NCBI GenBank assembly: GCA_963748625.1
Contig: CAVVJT010000007.1
Span: 1,024,001 to 1,088,000 of the forward strand
Length of the DNA: 64,000 nt
DNA from: an uncultured Chloroflexia bacterium
GTDB lineage: Bacteria; Chloroflexota; Limnocylindria; Limnocylindrales; CSP1-4
Direction: 5' to 3'
A model generated the notes under the pieces. The model saw nothing but the letters and a program-made list of their open reading frames with translations. It was not told the DNA's origin and searched no databases. Position numbers and translations under genes: made by a program. Numbering within the stretch: position 1 is the stretch's first letter; every line of letters starts with the position of its first letter. Below, piece by piece: positions 1-10,407 of this stretch.

Positions 1-205
1 CCGCCTTGCTGCGATGCAGGCGGCCGGAACGGCTGACCAGGAGGCCGTCGCCGCGCTCGGCGCGCCGGCGACCGCGCCGGTGCAGCTGACCGCGGAGCAG
101 ATCGACGCGGCCAAGGTGCTCCTGACCGACCCGACCAGCGGCTGGAACTTCATCACGCATCCAGCTAGCCACGGATCCCGTCTGAGCGCGGAGGTGCCCG
201 CATGA
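1..205 (+). CDS. C-terminal fragment of ABC transporter substrate-binding protein (partial)
   Basis: Open frame from the window edge. Stop overlaps the next ATG (ATGA 202-205). Lies directly upstream of two permeases and an ATPase. Product inferred from context. Confidence 0.55.
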   Translation, partial: RLAAMQAAGTADQEAVAALGAPATAPVQLTAEQIDAAKVLLTDPTSGWNFITHPASHGSRLSAEVPA

Positions 206-1136
206 CCGTATCCACGGTCGGCGTGCCCGCCCCCTCGGAGCTGCCCGCGGCCGGCCCCGCCTCGGCGGGGCCGGCCGCAGCCTCCGCAGGAGGGCCGGGA
301 ACTACGTCGCCCTCGTCCCGTTCCACGCATACCTCGGGCTGTTCCTGATCTTCCCGACGGTGGTGGTCCTGGTCGGCGCGTTGACGACCACCGAGGGCCA
401 GCTCACGCTCGACAACTTCCGTGCGGTCTTCATCGACGCCCTCGTTCGTCGACTCCTTCGTCAAGTCGATCCAGCTCTCGGCCAGTCACCGCACTGCTCG
501 GGGCCGTCGTCGGCGGCCTGCTGGCGTGGGCCGTCGCGCGCGGCGAACCCGAACGGCACCCAGCGCCGTGCTGATCGTCTCGGTCTCAGGCGTCCTGGCG
601 CAGTTCGGTGGCGTCATGCTGACGTTCGCCTTCCTGGCGACCATCGGCTACGAGGGCATGCTGACGCTGCTCCTCAACGACATCCTTCAACGTCAAGCTG
701 GACATGTCGTGGGTGTACTCCATGACCGGCCTGATCCTGCTCTACTCCTTCTTCCAGATCCCGCTGATGCTGATCGTGTTCCTGCCCTCCATGGACAGCC
801 TGCGCCAGGAGTGGTACGACGCCTCGGCCAGCCTTGGCGGCAGTCCCTGGTCGTTCTGGCGGCACGTTGGCGGCCCGATCCTCACCCCGAGCTTCCTGGG
901 CGCCCTGCTGCTGCTCTTCACCAACGCCTTCGCCGCCTACGCCACCGCGCAGGCCCTGATCAGCCAGGGGTGCGGGCTCATCACCCAGCAGATCTCGTGC
1001 CAGATGACGAGCGAGGTCGTGCTTGGCCAGGAGAACGTGGGCAAGGCACTCGCGCTGGGCATGATCATCGTCGTCGTCGGTGGTGATGCTGCTGTACGCC
1101 TACATCCAGCGGCGCGCCTCGAGGTGGGTCAAGTGA
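202..1136 (+). CDS. ABC transporter permease 1 (PotB-like), several frameshifts
   Basis: GGAGG then ATG 202. Hydrophobic segments spread over several frames. EAA-loop-like EWYDASASLGGSPW. Confidence 0.85.
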
Positions 1137-2051
1137 GCGGCGTCGGTCAACACCCAGATGGGCGCTGCCGCCCCCGAGGGCGGCGCGCTCCTGGCCAAGC
1201 CACCGAGGGGCGGCAGGCGCCGCCGGACATCGCGTCGCCAGCGATCGTGCGCTACCTGGTCCTCATCCTCGTGCGTGGGCTACCTGATCGGCCCGCTGTT
1301 CGCGTCACTCGAGTTCGCGACGCGCGGGAACTACGACAAGGCCACCGGGACCTTCGGACGCACCCTCGAGGCCTTCGCATCGATCCTGAGCTATCCGAAC
1401 CTCGTCGAGAGCATCATCGTCGACGCTGCAGATCGCGCGCGCTGACGGTGTTCGGGATGCTCCTGCTGCTCGTCCCGACGATGGTCTGGACCGTGGTCCG
1501 CGTGCCCCGGATGCGGCGAGTCGTCGAGTTCCTGTGCCTGCTGCCGCTGGCGATCCCGGCGATCGTGATCGTGGTGGGCATCGCGCCCATCTACCGCTGG
1601 CTCGGCCAGAACCTCGGCGCCGTTGGCGCATCACCGCTCACGCTCGCCCTGATCAACATCATCCTGGTGCTGCCGTACTCGTACCGCGCCATCGACTCCG
1701 GCCTGCGCGGGCTGGACACGGCGACGCTCGCCGACGCGGCGCGAAGCCTGGGTGCCGGCTGGCCTCGAGCGATCTTCCAGGTCATCGTGCCGAACATCCG
1801 CGGCTGGCGTCCTCTCCGCCTCGGTGCTCGCCATCGCCCTGGTGCTCGGCGAGTTCACGATCTCGTCGCTGCTCTCGTTCAACACCGTCCAGGTGGTCAT
1901 CTACCTGCTGGGCAAGCGTGACGCCTACGTGGCGGTTGCGGTCTCACTGGCCGCCCTGTTCTTCGCATTCGTCCTGCTGTTCGCCATTTCCCGGTTCGCC
2001 CCAGGGGCCGGAAGTCGCACCCAACGAGTCGTCGAGGAGCCCGTTGCATGA
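1133..2051 (+). CDS. ABC transporter permease 2 (PotC-like), frameshifted
   Basis: GTGA overlap at 1133. Contains LPLAIPAIV, EAA loop LADAARSLGA and LGEFTI. Confidence 0.85.
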
Positions 2052-3116
2052 CCGCCACGACCTCTGACCCCACCGCCGGCAGCCATGGCGTTGCCGTCGT
2101 CTTCGACCAGCTGCACCGCTGGTACGGCCCGGTCCACGCGCTCGACGGGCTGTCCATCGACATCGCGCCGGGCGAGCTGATCGCCCTGCTCGGGCCGTCG
2201 GGTGCGGCAAGACCACCGCGCTGCGTGCGCTGGGCGGCCTCGACGAGCTCGATGCGGGCCGGATCCTCGTCGGCGGCAAGGACATCACCGGCGTCCCGAC
2301 GAACAAGCGCAACATGGGGATCGTCTTCCAGGCCTACAGCCTGTTCCCCAACATGACCGCGCGCGACAACGTCGCGTATGGCCTCCGGCTTCGAGGCATG
2401 GACAAGAAGGCGCGCAACAAGAAGGCCGAGGAGACGCTCGACCTGGTCGGCCTCGCCGTGCAGGCCAATCGCTACCCGCACCAGATGTCGGGCGGCCAGC
2501 AGCAGCGGGTGGCGCTCGCGCGCGCCCTGGCCATCGAGCCGAGCGTGCTGCTCCTCGACGAGCCGTTGTCCGCGCTCGACGCCAAGGTCCGGCGCCAGCT
2601 CCGCGAGGAGATTCGACGGATCCAGATCATGGTCGGCATCACCACCCTGTTCGTGACCCACGACCAGGAGGAGGCGCTGGCCATGGGCGACCGCGTGGGC
2701 GTCATGTCGGCTGGTCGCCTGGAGCAGATCGCTCCGCCGGCCGAGCTGTACGACCGGCCGCAGACCCGGTTCGTGGCCGAGTTCGTGGGGCTCACCAACC
2801 GCATCCCGGCACGCACCGACGGCACCGACGTGGAGGTGCTGGGCCGACGCATCGCGCTGCTCCCCGGCTCCAGCGATCGCGGCGACGTCCACGCGCTCGT
2901 CCGGCCGGAGAACGTCCGGGTCACCCCGACGGAGAACGGCACAGGCCGGGTCCTTGCGGTCAGCTTCCTGGGCTCGCTGTGCCGCGCCCAGGTGGCGCTG
3001 CCCGACGAGACGCTCGTGGTTGCCCAGATGTCCGCGTCCGATTCCGTGGGGCTCTACCCCGGCATCGCGGTCGACCTGGCCGTGGCGCCGCGCCAGTGTT
3101 CGTCGTCGCCAACTAG
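2048..3116 (+). CDS. ABC transporter ATP-binding protein (PotA/FbpC class), frameshifts near 2203 and 3094
   Basis: Walker A GPSG(C)GKTT split by an indel, FQAYSLFPNMT, MSGGQQQRVALARAL, LLLDEPLSALD, FVTHDQEEA, TOBE-like tail. Confidence 0.92.
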
Positions 3117-3180
3117 TCGTTCTCGCTCCGCGCCGCACTGTCGTCGTCGTCGCCCAAGGTTGCTTCACCGATGTCTCCTC

Positions 3181-4559
3181 GTGGACCCTTCCTTGATCCG
3201 CCACATCACCGAGCCCGCCCGCACCATCGACGTCATCCACGAGACGGACGTCCTGGTCGTGGGCAGCGGCCCCGGTGGTCTTGGTGCGGCGCTTGGCGCG
3301 GCGCGGGCCGGCGCCCGGACGACCCTGGTCGAGCGGCACGGCTGCTTCGGCGGCAACATCACCGCGGTCGGCGTCGAGACCTTCGCCTGGTACCGGCGCA
3401 AGGAGACCGTGGACAGCGTCGGCGTGGGCGCCGAGATCGAGGCGCGCGCCCGGGCGGCAGGCGCCACCACGGACGAGTCCCAGTCGACCAGCCAGGCCCT
3501 CGACGCGGACCGGTTCAAGGTCGTCGCTGACACCCTGGTCGAGGAGAACGGGATCCACCCGATGCTCCACCGCATGTTCGTCGCCCCGATCATCGAGGAC
3601 GGCGTCCTGCGCGGCGTGATCACCGAGAGCAAGTCCGGCCGCGAGGCCATCCTCGCCAAGCGCGTCGTGGACGCGACCGGCGACGCGGACGTCGCTGCGC
3701 GCTCCGGCGCCGCGGTCCGCATGGCGCCGCCCGAGGAGCGGCTGTCGGTCTCGGTCCTGTTCTCGATGACCGGCGTGAACAAGCGGCGCTACCTCGAGGG
3801 CATCGCGGCCGACGCGCCAACCTACAGCGACTGGTCCGGCAACTCCGCCTGGAACACCAGACCGACGGCAAGGAGGACAGCCTCTTCTCGCCGTTCCTGC
3901 GCAAGCCGTTCAGCAAGGCCGTGGAGGCCGGCCTCATCCCGTCCGACCTCGTCACGATGGCCGGCACCTACGGCGCCATGCACGACACCGGCGACCTCAC
4001 CTACCTCAACCTGGTCCACATCGACGGGGTGGACGCGACCAGCGCGGACGAGCTGTGCCGCGCCGAGATCGAGGGCCGCAGGCAGGCGATGCACGCGATC
4101 GAGGCGCTCCGCCGGTTCCAGCCCGGCTGCGAGGACGCGACGCTGCGCAACTTCGGGATGACCCTGGGCGTGCGGGACACGCGCAAGATCGACGCGCGCT
4201 ACAACCTCACCGAGGACGACGTGCGGGGCCAGGCCCGGTTCGAGGACTCGATCGGGATCTTCCCGGAGTTCATCGACGGCTACGGCGTGCTGATCCTGCC
4301 GACGACCGGGCGCTACTTCCACGTGCCGTACGGCGCGCTCGTCCCCAAGGGTGTGTCGAACCTGCTGGTCGCGGGCCGCAGCATCGGCGGCGACAAGATC
4401 AGCCACGCCGCGGTGCGCTCGATGATGTGCTGCACGGTGAGCGGCCAGGGCGCCGGCGTGGGCGCGGCAGTCTCGATCCGCGAGGGCGTCGCGTCCGAGG
4501 ACGTGCCGATCGCCAAGGTCCGCGCGGAGCTCGCCCGCCAGGGCGTCCGCCTGGACTGA
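3181..4559 (+). CDS. FAD-dependent oxidoreductase (PF12831-like), frameshift near 3860
   Basis: DVLVVGSGPGG, VVDATGDADVA, VPYGALVPKGVSNLLVAGRSI, GQGAGVGAA. Confidence 0.88.
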
Positions 4560-4575
4560 CCGGACACGCACCTCG

Positions 4576-5086
4576 ATGGACGACCTGGCCGCGACCCTGT
4601 CGGCGCTGGGCAGCCTCGCGCTCATCGGCTGGATCGTCATCGCCGTCATCCAGCTGCGGCTGCAGTACCTCCAGCGGCGCGAGGACACCGTGCTGCGCCT
4701 GTACGAGCCGCTCCTGTCCGAGCCGCTGGCGCGGGCCTACTGGCGGGTGCAGACCTGGCCCTCGCCGGGACCACGCCGCGTTCCAGGCCGAGGCCACGGA
4801 GGATGACTGGGTCGCGTTCGACCAGGTGGCCACCTTCTACGACACGATGGGCATCCTGCACCACCGTGGTGTGGCGAGCCTGTCCCTGCTCGATGAGCTG
4901 CTCACCTCCTCGATCTTCGAGGCGTGGGACGCCTGCGCGGACATCGTCCGCGGTGAGCGCGAGCGGACCGGCACGCCCCAGAAGTACGCCGCCTTCGAGC
5001 GCCTCGTCAGCTTGCTGGAGGCGCGTCTCGCGGCGCGGGGCGAGCCGTCGGCCCGGCCACCTGGGGAGGGGCACGACGGCGCCTGA
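4576..5086 (+). CDS. hypothetical protein with N-terminal TM helix (DUF4760-like), frameshift near 4770
   Basis: ORF 4576-4806 continues in another frame (VATFYDTMGILHHRG...YAAFERLV) to TGA 5086. Confidence 0.65.
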
Positions 5087-6217
5087 CCGGAGGGCCCGTT
5101 CGCCCGAGGCCTGGACCAGGGTGTGCGCCAGGCGGTCCTCGTCGAGTTCGAAGCCGAGCCCCGGCCGTTCGTCGAGCACGATCACGCCGTCCGCATCGAT
5201 GTCGACCGGCCTCGTCATCGGATAGTCCCGGCGCTCGAGGGTCCAGCCCGGCGGATCGTACGGGAACTCGACATAGGGTGAGCCGGCGAGACCAGCCGCC
5301 AGGTGGATGTTGGCCAGTGTGCCGATGCCGATCGTCCACGCATGCGGCGTGAACATGAGGTGGTTCTCCTGCGCCATGATGGCGACGCGGCGCAGGCCCG
5401 AGATGCCGCCGCACCAGGTGACGTCGGGCTGCAGGACATCGAGGCAGCGACGCTGGATGAGGTTCTGGAACTCGTAGACCTCGAGGTTGCCCTCGCCACC
5501 CGCGATGCGGAGATCGGTGCTCTGCCGCAGCGCCGCCATCCCCTCGATGTCACCGCGATGGAGCGGCTCCTCCATCCAGTAGACGCCGAGGTCCTCCAGG
5601 GCCCTGGCCACGACGAGCGCGTCCTTCAACTGCCACGGCAGCTGGATGTCCCACGGCATGCGCCAGCCCTGGTTGCAGTCGACCATGAGCTCGAGACGAT
5701 CCCCGACGCGACGGCGCACCGCTTCGACCACCGCAACGTCGTCCCGCCAGTCATGACGCCCGAAGCGGATCTTCATGGCCTTGAACCCGCGTGAGATGTA
5801 GAACTCGGCCAGTTCCACCGTCTCGTCGGCAGTGCGGAGGGAGCCCGTCGACGCGTAGGCAGTGCAGCGATCGCTCAGGCCGCCAAGCATCTTCCAGACG
5901 GGCTGCCCGGTGATCTTGCCCGCCAGGTCCCAGAGGGCGATGTCGACCGGCCAGGGACGACCGAAGTAGAAGTTGAGGTTGTCAAGGACTCGGTAGTGGC
6001 GCTCGAGCGCGAGCGGGTCCTGGCCGACGAACAGTCCCTCGTGCCCCTCGAAGCCGCGCATCGTGTACCCGGCTCCAATGCCCGTGATGCCCTCGTCGGT
6101 CGTCACCCGCACCAATGACATGGGGTGGCTTGTCTTCGGTCGAGAGTCGAACGACGCCGCGTACGGAGGATCGAGCGTCAGGCTGTGGTGCGTGATGGTG
6201 ATCGATGTGATCTTCAC
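4646..6217 (-). CDS. mandelate racemase/muconate lactonizing enzyme family protein (conserved part ends near 5110)
   Basis: DIALWDLAGK, KIR, metal ligands in VDCN, WMEEP and AGGE, LQPD, PH, RPGLGFELD. Confidence 0.88.
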   Translation of the reverse strand: MKITSITITHHSLTLDPPYAASFDSRPKTSHPMSLVRVTTDEGITGIGAGYTMRGFEGHEGLFVGQDPLALERHYRVLDNLNFYFGRPWPVDIALWDLAGKITGQPVWKMLGGLSDRCTAYASTGSLRTADETVELAEFYISRGFKAMKIRFGRHDWRDDVAVVEAVRRRVGDRLELMVDCNQGWRMPWDIQLPWQLKDALVVARALEDLGVYWMEEPLHRGDIEGMAALRQSTDLRIAGGEGNLEVYEFQNLIQRRCLDVLQPDVTWCGGISGLRRVAIMAQENHLMFTPHAWTIGIGTLANIHLAAGLAGSPYVEFPYDPPGWTLERRDYPMTRPVDIDADGVIVLDERPGLGFELDEDRLAHTLVQASGERALRSGAVVPLPRWPGRRLAPRRETRLQQADEALEGGVLLGRAGPLALTADDVRAGVPRLEDRGGEQLIEQGQARHTTVVQDAHRVVEGGHLVERDPVILRGLGLERGVVPARARSAPASRPAPAARTGAARTGAARCPRAAGGTAAAAG

Positions 6218-6234
6218 GAGTGCCCTACCTCGCC

Positions 6235-7689
6235 CTACCGGCTGGCTGCCTCCACTGCACGGTGCATCTGCCCCAAAGTTCCCTCGAGCATGGTCGCAAG
6301 CTCCCGGTACGCCCCCTCGTTGATGGTCGTGTAGACCCTGTGGTTGTCCGGGTCAGGGGTGTACTCGACCTGCTGGTGGACCATGGCGCCGACGGCCTCG
6401 GCGAAGTCGGCATAGGTCCCCGTGGCCACGGCCACGCTGATGGCCGCCCCCAGGGCCGCAGCTCCGTTGACCTCGTTGCGCACGGTCCTGATGCCGAACA
6501 CATCGGCCACGATCTGCATGAACAGGGGGCTGTTCGATCCCCCGCCACAGACGATCAGCTTGTCCTGGACGACCCCGATGTCCCGGTTCATGGCGTCCAG
6601 GTTGTTCTTCATGCGCATCGCGATCGCTTCCATGATCGACCGGTACATGTGGCCCCGCGTGTGCCGCTGATCGAAGCCGATCATGACGCCCTTCTTGTGC
6701 AGCTGGGTCGCCGGGGCAAGCCAGTCGGGAACGGTCAGGAGGCCATCGGAGCCGGCGGGCACCTGGGCAGCCTCCTCCTCGAGCAACTCCTCGGCACGGC
6801 GACCCGTCTCGAGCGCGCGCCGCTCAAGGTCCTCGCCGAAGAGGCTCTTGAACCAGGAGATATGCCACATGCCGCCCCGAATGCCCGTGCTCTCATACAG
6901 GTACCGGAACGGGATGCTGGACAGGTTGGTGAAGAAGCTGTCGGTATCGGGCAGATTGCGATCGCCCGCGACCATCGACGTGATGTAGGTGCCCAGGGAC
7001 AGCAGGGCAACGCGAGGCTCGATCAGCCCTGACCCGAGGGCCTCCACGGCCTTGTCGTTGGCGGTAGCGACCACGGGGATGCCTTCCGGCAGCCCCGTCT
7101 CTCGCGCCGCCGCGGCGGATACGTGCCCGAGGATGTCCCCGGGCAGGCCCATGTCCAGAAGCTTGGCCCTGGGAATCCTGAATGCCGAAAGGACCTCCGG
7201 ATCCTCGGACCAGCTCCAGGTGTCCATGTCGGTCGGGAACTGGTACTGGTAGGAGTTGGCGATCGTGTCCTTCAGCTCGCCGGTGAGCCGGAACGTCAGG
7301 TAGCCCGAGGTCGACCCGGTGTAGCCGATAGCCGGATCATCCTCGAACGGCACGTACGCCCGCACGTCCATCCAGCTCATGACCGGCGCGGCGAGCGAGC
7401 CGTTGTTCCTGAGGAACACCCGGCAGCAGCGGATCGAGCACAGGCCGATCCCCTTGATGTCAGACACGTCCCCGGTGAACGAGGCCATGAGTTCCTGGAG
7501 CGCTGCCTTGGTGCTGTCCCACAGATCGTCGTCGGGATGCTCGACCCAGCCCGGCTGCCGAGACAGCATGGGCTTCAGGGGCTGGCTCGCGCTGAGGAGG
7601 ACCTCCCCCCTCTGGTTGATCATCGAGACTTTGGTGCTCTGGGTGCCGCTGTCGACACCGAGGAAGTACACATCCCGCTTGCTTGTCAT
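6235..7689 (-). CDS. ygcE: FGGY-family carbohydrate kinase, YgcE-like
   Basis: GVDSGTQSTK, EHPDDDLW, SIRCCR, SLGTYI and GGGSNSPLFMQI match E. coli YgcE as recalled. Confidence 0.9.
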   Translation of the reverse strand: MTSKRDVYFLGVDSGTQSTKVSMINQRGEVLLSASQPLKPMLSRQPGWVEHPDDDLWDSTKAALQELMASFTGDVSDIKGIGLCSIRCCRVFLRNNGSLAAPVMSWMDVRAYVPFEDDPAIGYTGSTSGYLTFRLTGELKDTIANSYQYQFPTDMDTWSWSEDPEVLSAFRIPRAKLLDMGLPGDILGHVSAAAARETGLPEGIPVVATANDKAVEALGSGLIEPRVALLSLGTYITSMVAGDRNLPDTDSFFTNLSSIPFRYLYESTGIRGGMWHISWFKSLFGEDLERRALETGRRAEELLEEEAAQVPAGSDGLLTVPDWLAPATQLHKKGVMIGFDQRHTRGHMYRSIMEAIAMRMKNNLDAMNRDIGVVQDKLIVCGGGSNSPLFMQIVADVFGIRTVRNEVNGAAALGAAISVAVATGTYADFAEAVGAMVHQQVEYTPDPDNHRVYTTINEGAYRELATMLEGTLGQMHRAVEAASR

Positions 7690-7752
7690 CGCGGCCTTCC
7701 TGTGCCTTGGATTCAGGTGGTTGGAGGTTGAGACTGCGTCGCCAAGCTGGGC

Positions 7753-8535
7753 TCAGCGCATCAGGTAGCCGCCGTCGACGGTCAGGACGATGCCGTTCAC
7801 GTAGTTCGAGGCATCACTGGCCAGGAAGACGCACGCGCCCATGAGATCAGCGGTGTCGCCCCAGCGATTCGCGGGAATGTGCGCGAGGATCGTGGCATTG
7901 CGCTGCGGGTCACTGCGCGTCTTCTCCGTCAGCCTGGTGGCGAAGTAGCCGGGAGCGATGGCATTGACCTGGACGTTGAACTGCGCCAGCTCATCGCACA
8001 GTGCCTTGGTCAACCCGACGATCCCGTGCTTGGTGGCGGCATAGGCCGGAGACCACTGCCCGCCAAGGAACGAGTACAGCGAGGCGATGTTGATGATCTT
8101 GCCGCGCTGCTGCTTGATCATGTGCTTGCAGGCCTCGTGGGACATCTCGAAGGCGGCAGTCAGGTTGACGGCCACCATCTTGTCCCACTCCGTGCGCGTG
8201 AACTTGGTGACGTCCTCGATGTTGATCGAGATGCCGGCGCAGTTGACGAGGATGTCGATGCTGCCCCAAGCGGCCACACAGGCGTCGACGGCCCGCTTGG
8301 GCTCGCCATCAGCCGTGATGTCCCCGTACAGATGCCGGTACTGGACGCCGCAGTCCTCGACCAACTGCTTCGTCTCGCCGTCCTCCTCGACCAGGCTGAT
8401 GGCGAGGACATTGGCCCCGCCTCTGGCAAGGGCCACGGAGAACGCCTGCCCGAGGCCGCTGTTGCCTCCGGTCACGAGCGCATTCCTGCCCTTGAGGGAG
8501 AAGGTGCCCAGCGAGAAGTCCGTGACGTTCATCAT
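7753..8535 (-). CDS. ygcW: SDR oxidoreductase, YgcW/KduD-like
   Basis: TGGNSGLG, YAATK catalytic motif, SFLGGQWSPAY, IPANRWGD, VDGGYLMR. Confidence 0.92.
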   Translation of the reverse strand: MMNVTDFSLGTFSLKGRNALVTGGNSGLGQAFSVALARGGANVLAISLVEEDGETKQLVEDCGVQYRHLYGDITADGEPKRAVDACVAAWGSIDILVNCAGISINIEDVTKFTRTEWDKMVAVNLTAAFEMSHEACKHMIKQQRGKIINIASLYSFLGGQWSPAYAATKHGIVGLTKALCDELAQFNVQVNAIAPGYFATRLTEKTRSDPQRNATILAHIPANRWGDTADLMGACVFLASDASNYVNGIVLTVDGGYLMR

Positions 8536-9492
8536 CGATCTCCAGGATGCTGCGTGGTGGAGGCTTCAATCCGGTCGAGAAGCGCTTCGACAAACGCCCG
8601 GCCGTCCCCCTCGACGACGATGTCCGAGATGCTGCAGATCGGGGCGTCCCGGTCCTGGTTGACCGAGATGACGTACTCGGCGTTCCGCATCCCCGCGACG
8701 TGCGCGGACGATCCCGAGATGCCGATGGCGACGTACAGCCGGGGACGCACCGTCCTCCCCGATTGGCCGACCTGGATCTCCCGTGGAGCAGCGCCCGAGT
8801 CCACGGCCTTGCGACTGGCGGCAACCATGCCGTTGAGCGCCGTGGCGAGGCGTCGGAGAAGGTCGAAGTCCCCGATGGCGCCACCGCCACCGGAGACGAG
8901 GACGGCGCTGTCGCGGATGTCGTGGAGCGGCGACCGATCCCTGCGCTCGATCAGGCGGACGTCGCATGTGCTGCCCTGCACGTCGATGTCGACGACCTCC
9001 GCGGTCTTCGCGACCGGGTCCTGATCGCTGAACACCCTGGGCCGCACGGTCATCATCGCGGGTCCACCCCCGCGGCCGACGATCGTGGCCAGCGCGCGTC
9101 CGCTGAACGCCGGCCGGACCATCGAGATGCCGTCGCCGTCAGCGCTGACGCCCGTGACATCCGCGACCAGTCCGGCACGCAGTCGCATGGCCGCGCGGGG
9201 CGCGATCATCCGGCCCCAGTGGGTGCCCGGCACCACGATCGCATCAAAGCCAAACGTCTGGTGCAGGTCCTCGATGCAGCGCGCAAGCGTGGCCGTGCAG
9301 TAGTTCGGGACGGGTCCGCCGCTTTGCCCGGAACACCTGGTCGAACCGGCCGGCAGCGTCTCCGAGTCGCGCGCCGACAGCGAGCGCGTAGGAACGGAAG
9401 CCCCGGTCGCCGAACAGCAGCCGGCCGACCGCCAGCAGGCCGATCGAGTCCTCGACCGCATCCTCGTCGATGTACACGAGCATCCGCTTCAC
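8532..9492 (-). CDS. etfA: electron transfer flavoprotein alpha subunit (FixB/YgcQ-like), frameshift near 9335
   Basis: GLVADVT, RPAFSG, VAASRKAVD, QVGQSGRTVRP, GISGSSAHVAGM. Confidence 0.9.
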
Positions 9493-10289
9493 GGCTGGAG
9501 GAACCCCTTCTGCTCCAGCCAGCGGACCACCTGGGAGACGCCCTCCGGGTCCGCGCGGAGCCGCAGCGGGTCCTTGGCCTCGAGGGCGTCCGCGTCAAGC
9601 CTGCGGATCTGGGTGAGCGAGCCGCGGAGGCCCAGGTCCGCCTCGTCCAGACCGAGGTCGCCGGCCCCGAGCACCGCAACCTGACCTGACACGTCCCGGT
9701 CCAGGTCCTCGTACCGGATGGGGGGCAGCTTGCGTCGAGGGTCGTACTGGAACCCGAGCACCGCGGGAAGCGCGATGGAGAAGCGCATCAGCGCCGCCTC
9801 CGCATCGACATCCACCACCGCCCGGTGCTCGCGGAGGTCGAGGTCGACGACGGAGCTGACGCCGACCATGAGCGGGAGCCCCAGGGACTCGGCGACCTGG
9901 GCCGGCACCTGGCCCGTGCCGCTGTCGAGCGTGCGGGTGCCACAGAACACGCAGTCGAAGTCCTGCGTGGCGAGGTAGTGCGCCAGCACCCTGCTCGTCG
10001 CCCAGGTGTCGCTCCCGGCAAGGCGCGGATCGGTGATCAGCGTGGCCCGGTCGACCCCGCGGCGGACGAGATCCTCGAGGTGCGGCAGCGCCCCCCGAGG
10101 AGCCATGCTCAAGGTCTCGATGTGCTCGACACCTGCGACTCGCCGAAGCTCGAGCGCCGCGACCGTGGCGGTCGCGTCCTCGGGGTTGGGCATCAGGCGC
10201 ACATGCTCGCGGACGAGGACGTTCCGTTCGCGGTCATACCGGAGCTGGTCCACATCGGGCACCAGCTTCACCAGGCACAGGATTCTCAC
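9489..10289 (-). CDS. etfB: electron transfer flavoprotein beta subunit (FixA/YgcR-like)
   Basis: GTG start, ILCLVKLVPD, NPED, GSDTWATS, DSGTGQVP. Confidence 0.9.
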   Translation of the reverse strand: MRILCLVKLVPDVDQLRYDRERNVLVREHVRLMPNPEDATATVAALELRRVAGVEHIETLSMAPRGALPHLEDLVRRGVDRATLITDPRLAGSDTWATSRVLAHYLATQDFDCVFCGTRTLDSGTGQVPAQVAESLGLPLMVGVSSVVDLDLREHRAVVDVDAEAALMRFSIALPAVLGFQYDPRRKLPPIRYEDLDRDVSGQVAVLGAGDLGLDEADLGLRGSLTQIRRLDADALEAKDPLRLRADPEGVSQVVRWLEQKGFLQP

Positions 10290-10407
10290 GAGCCCGATCC
10301 CGACCGGCGAGGCGTTGCCGGCGAAGCCGGCGACCCGGACGACGCTCGTGCCGCCACCGCGGGTCGCATCAGCGAGGGTGCAGCCGCGTCGCACGCACCG
10401 GCGAGGG

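Noticed and set aside
2314-4161. 615-aa ABC ATPase-flavoenzyme fusion in the ORF track
   Set aside because: An indel near 3094 bypasses the natural stop at 3114-3116; the joining peptide is non-protein-like.
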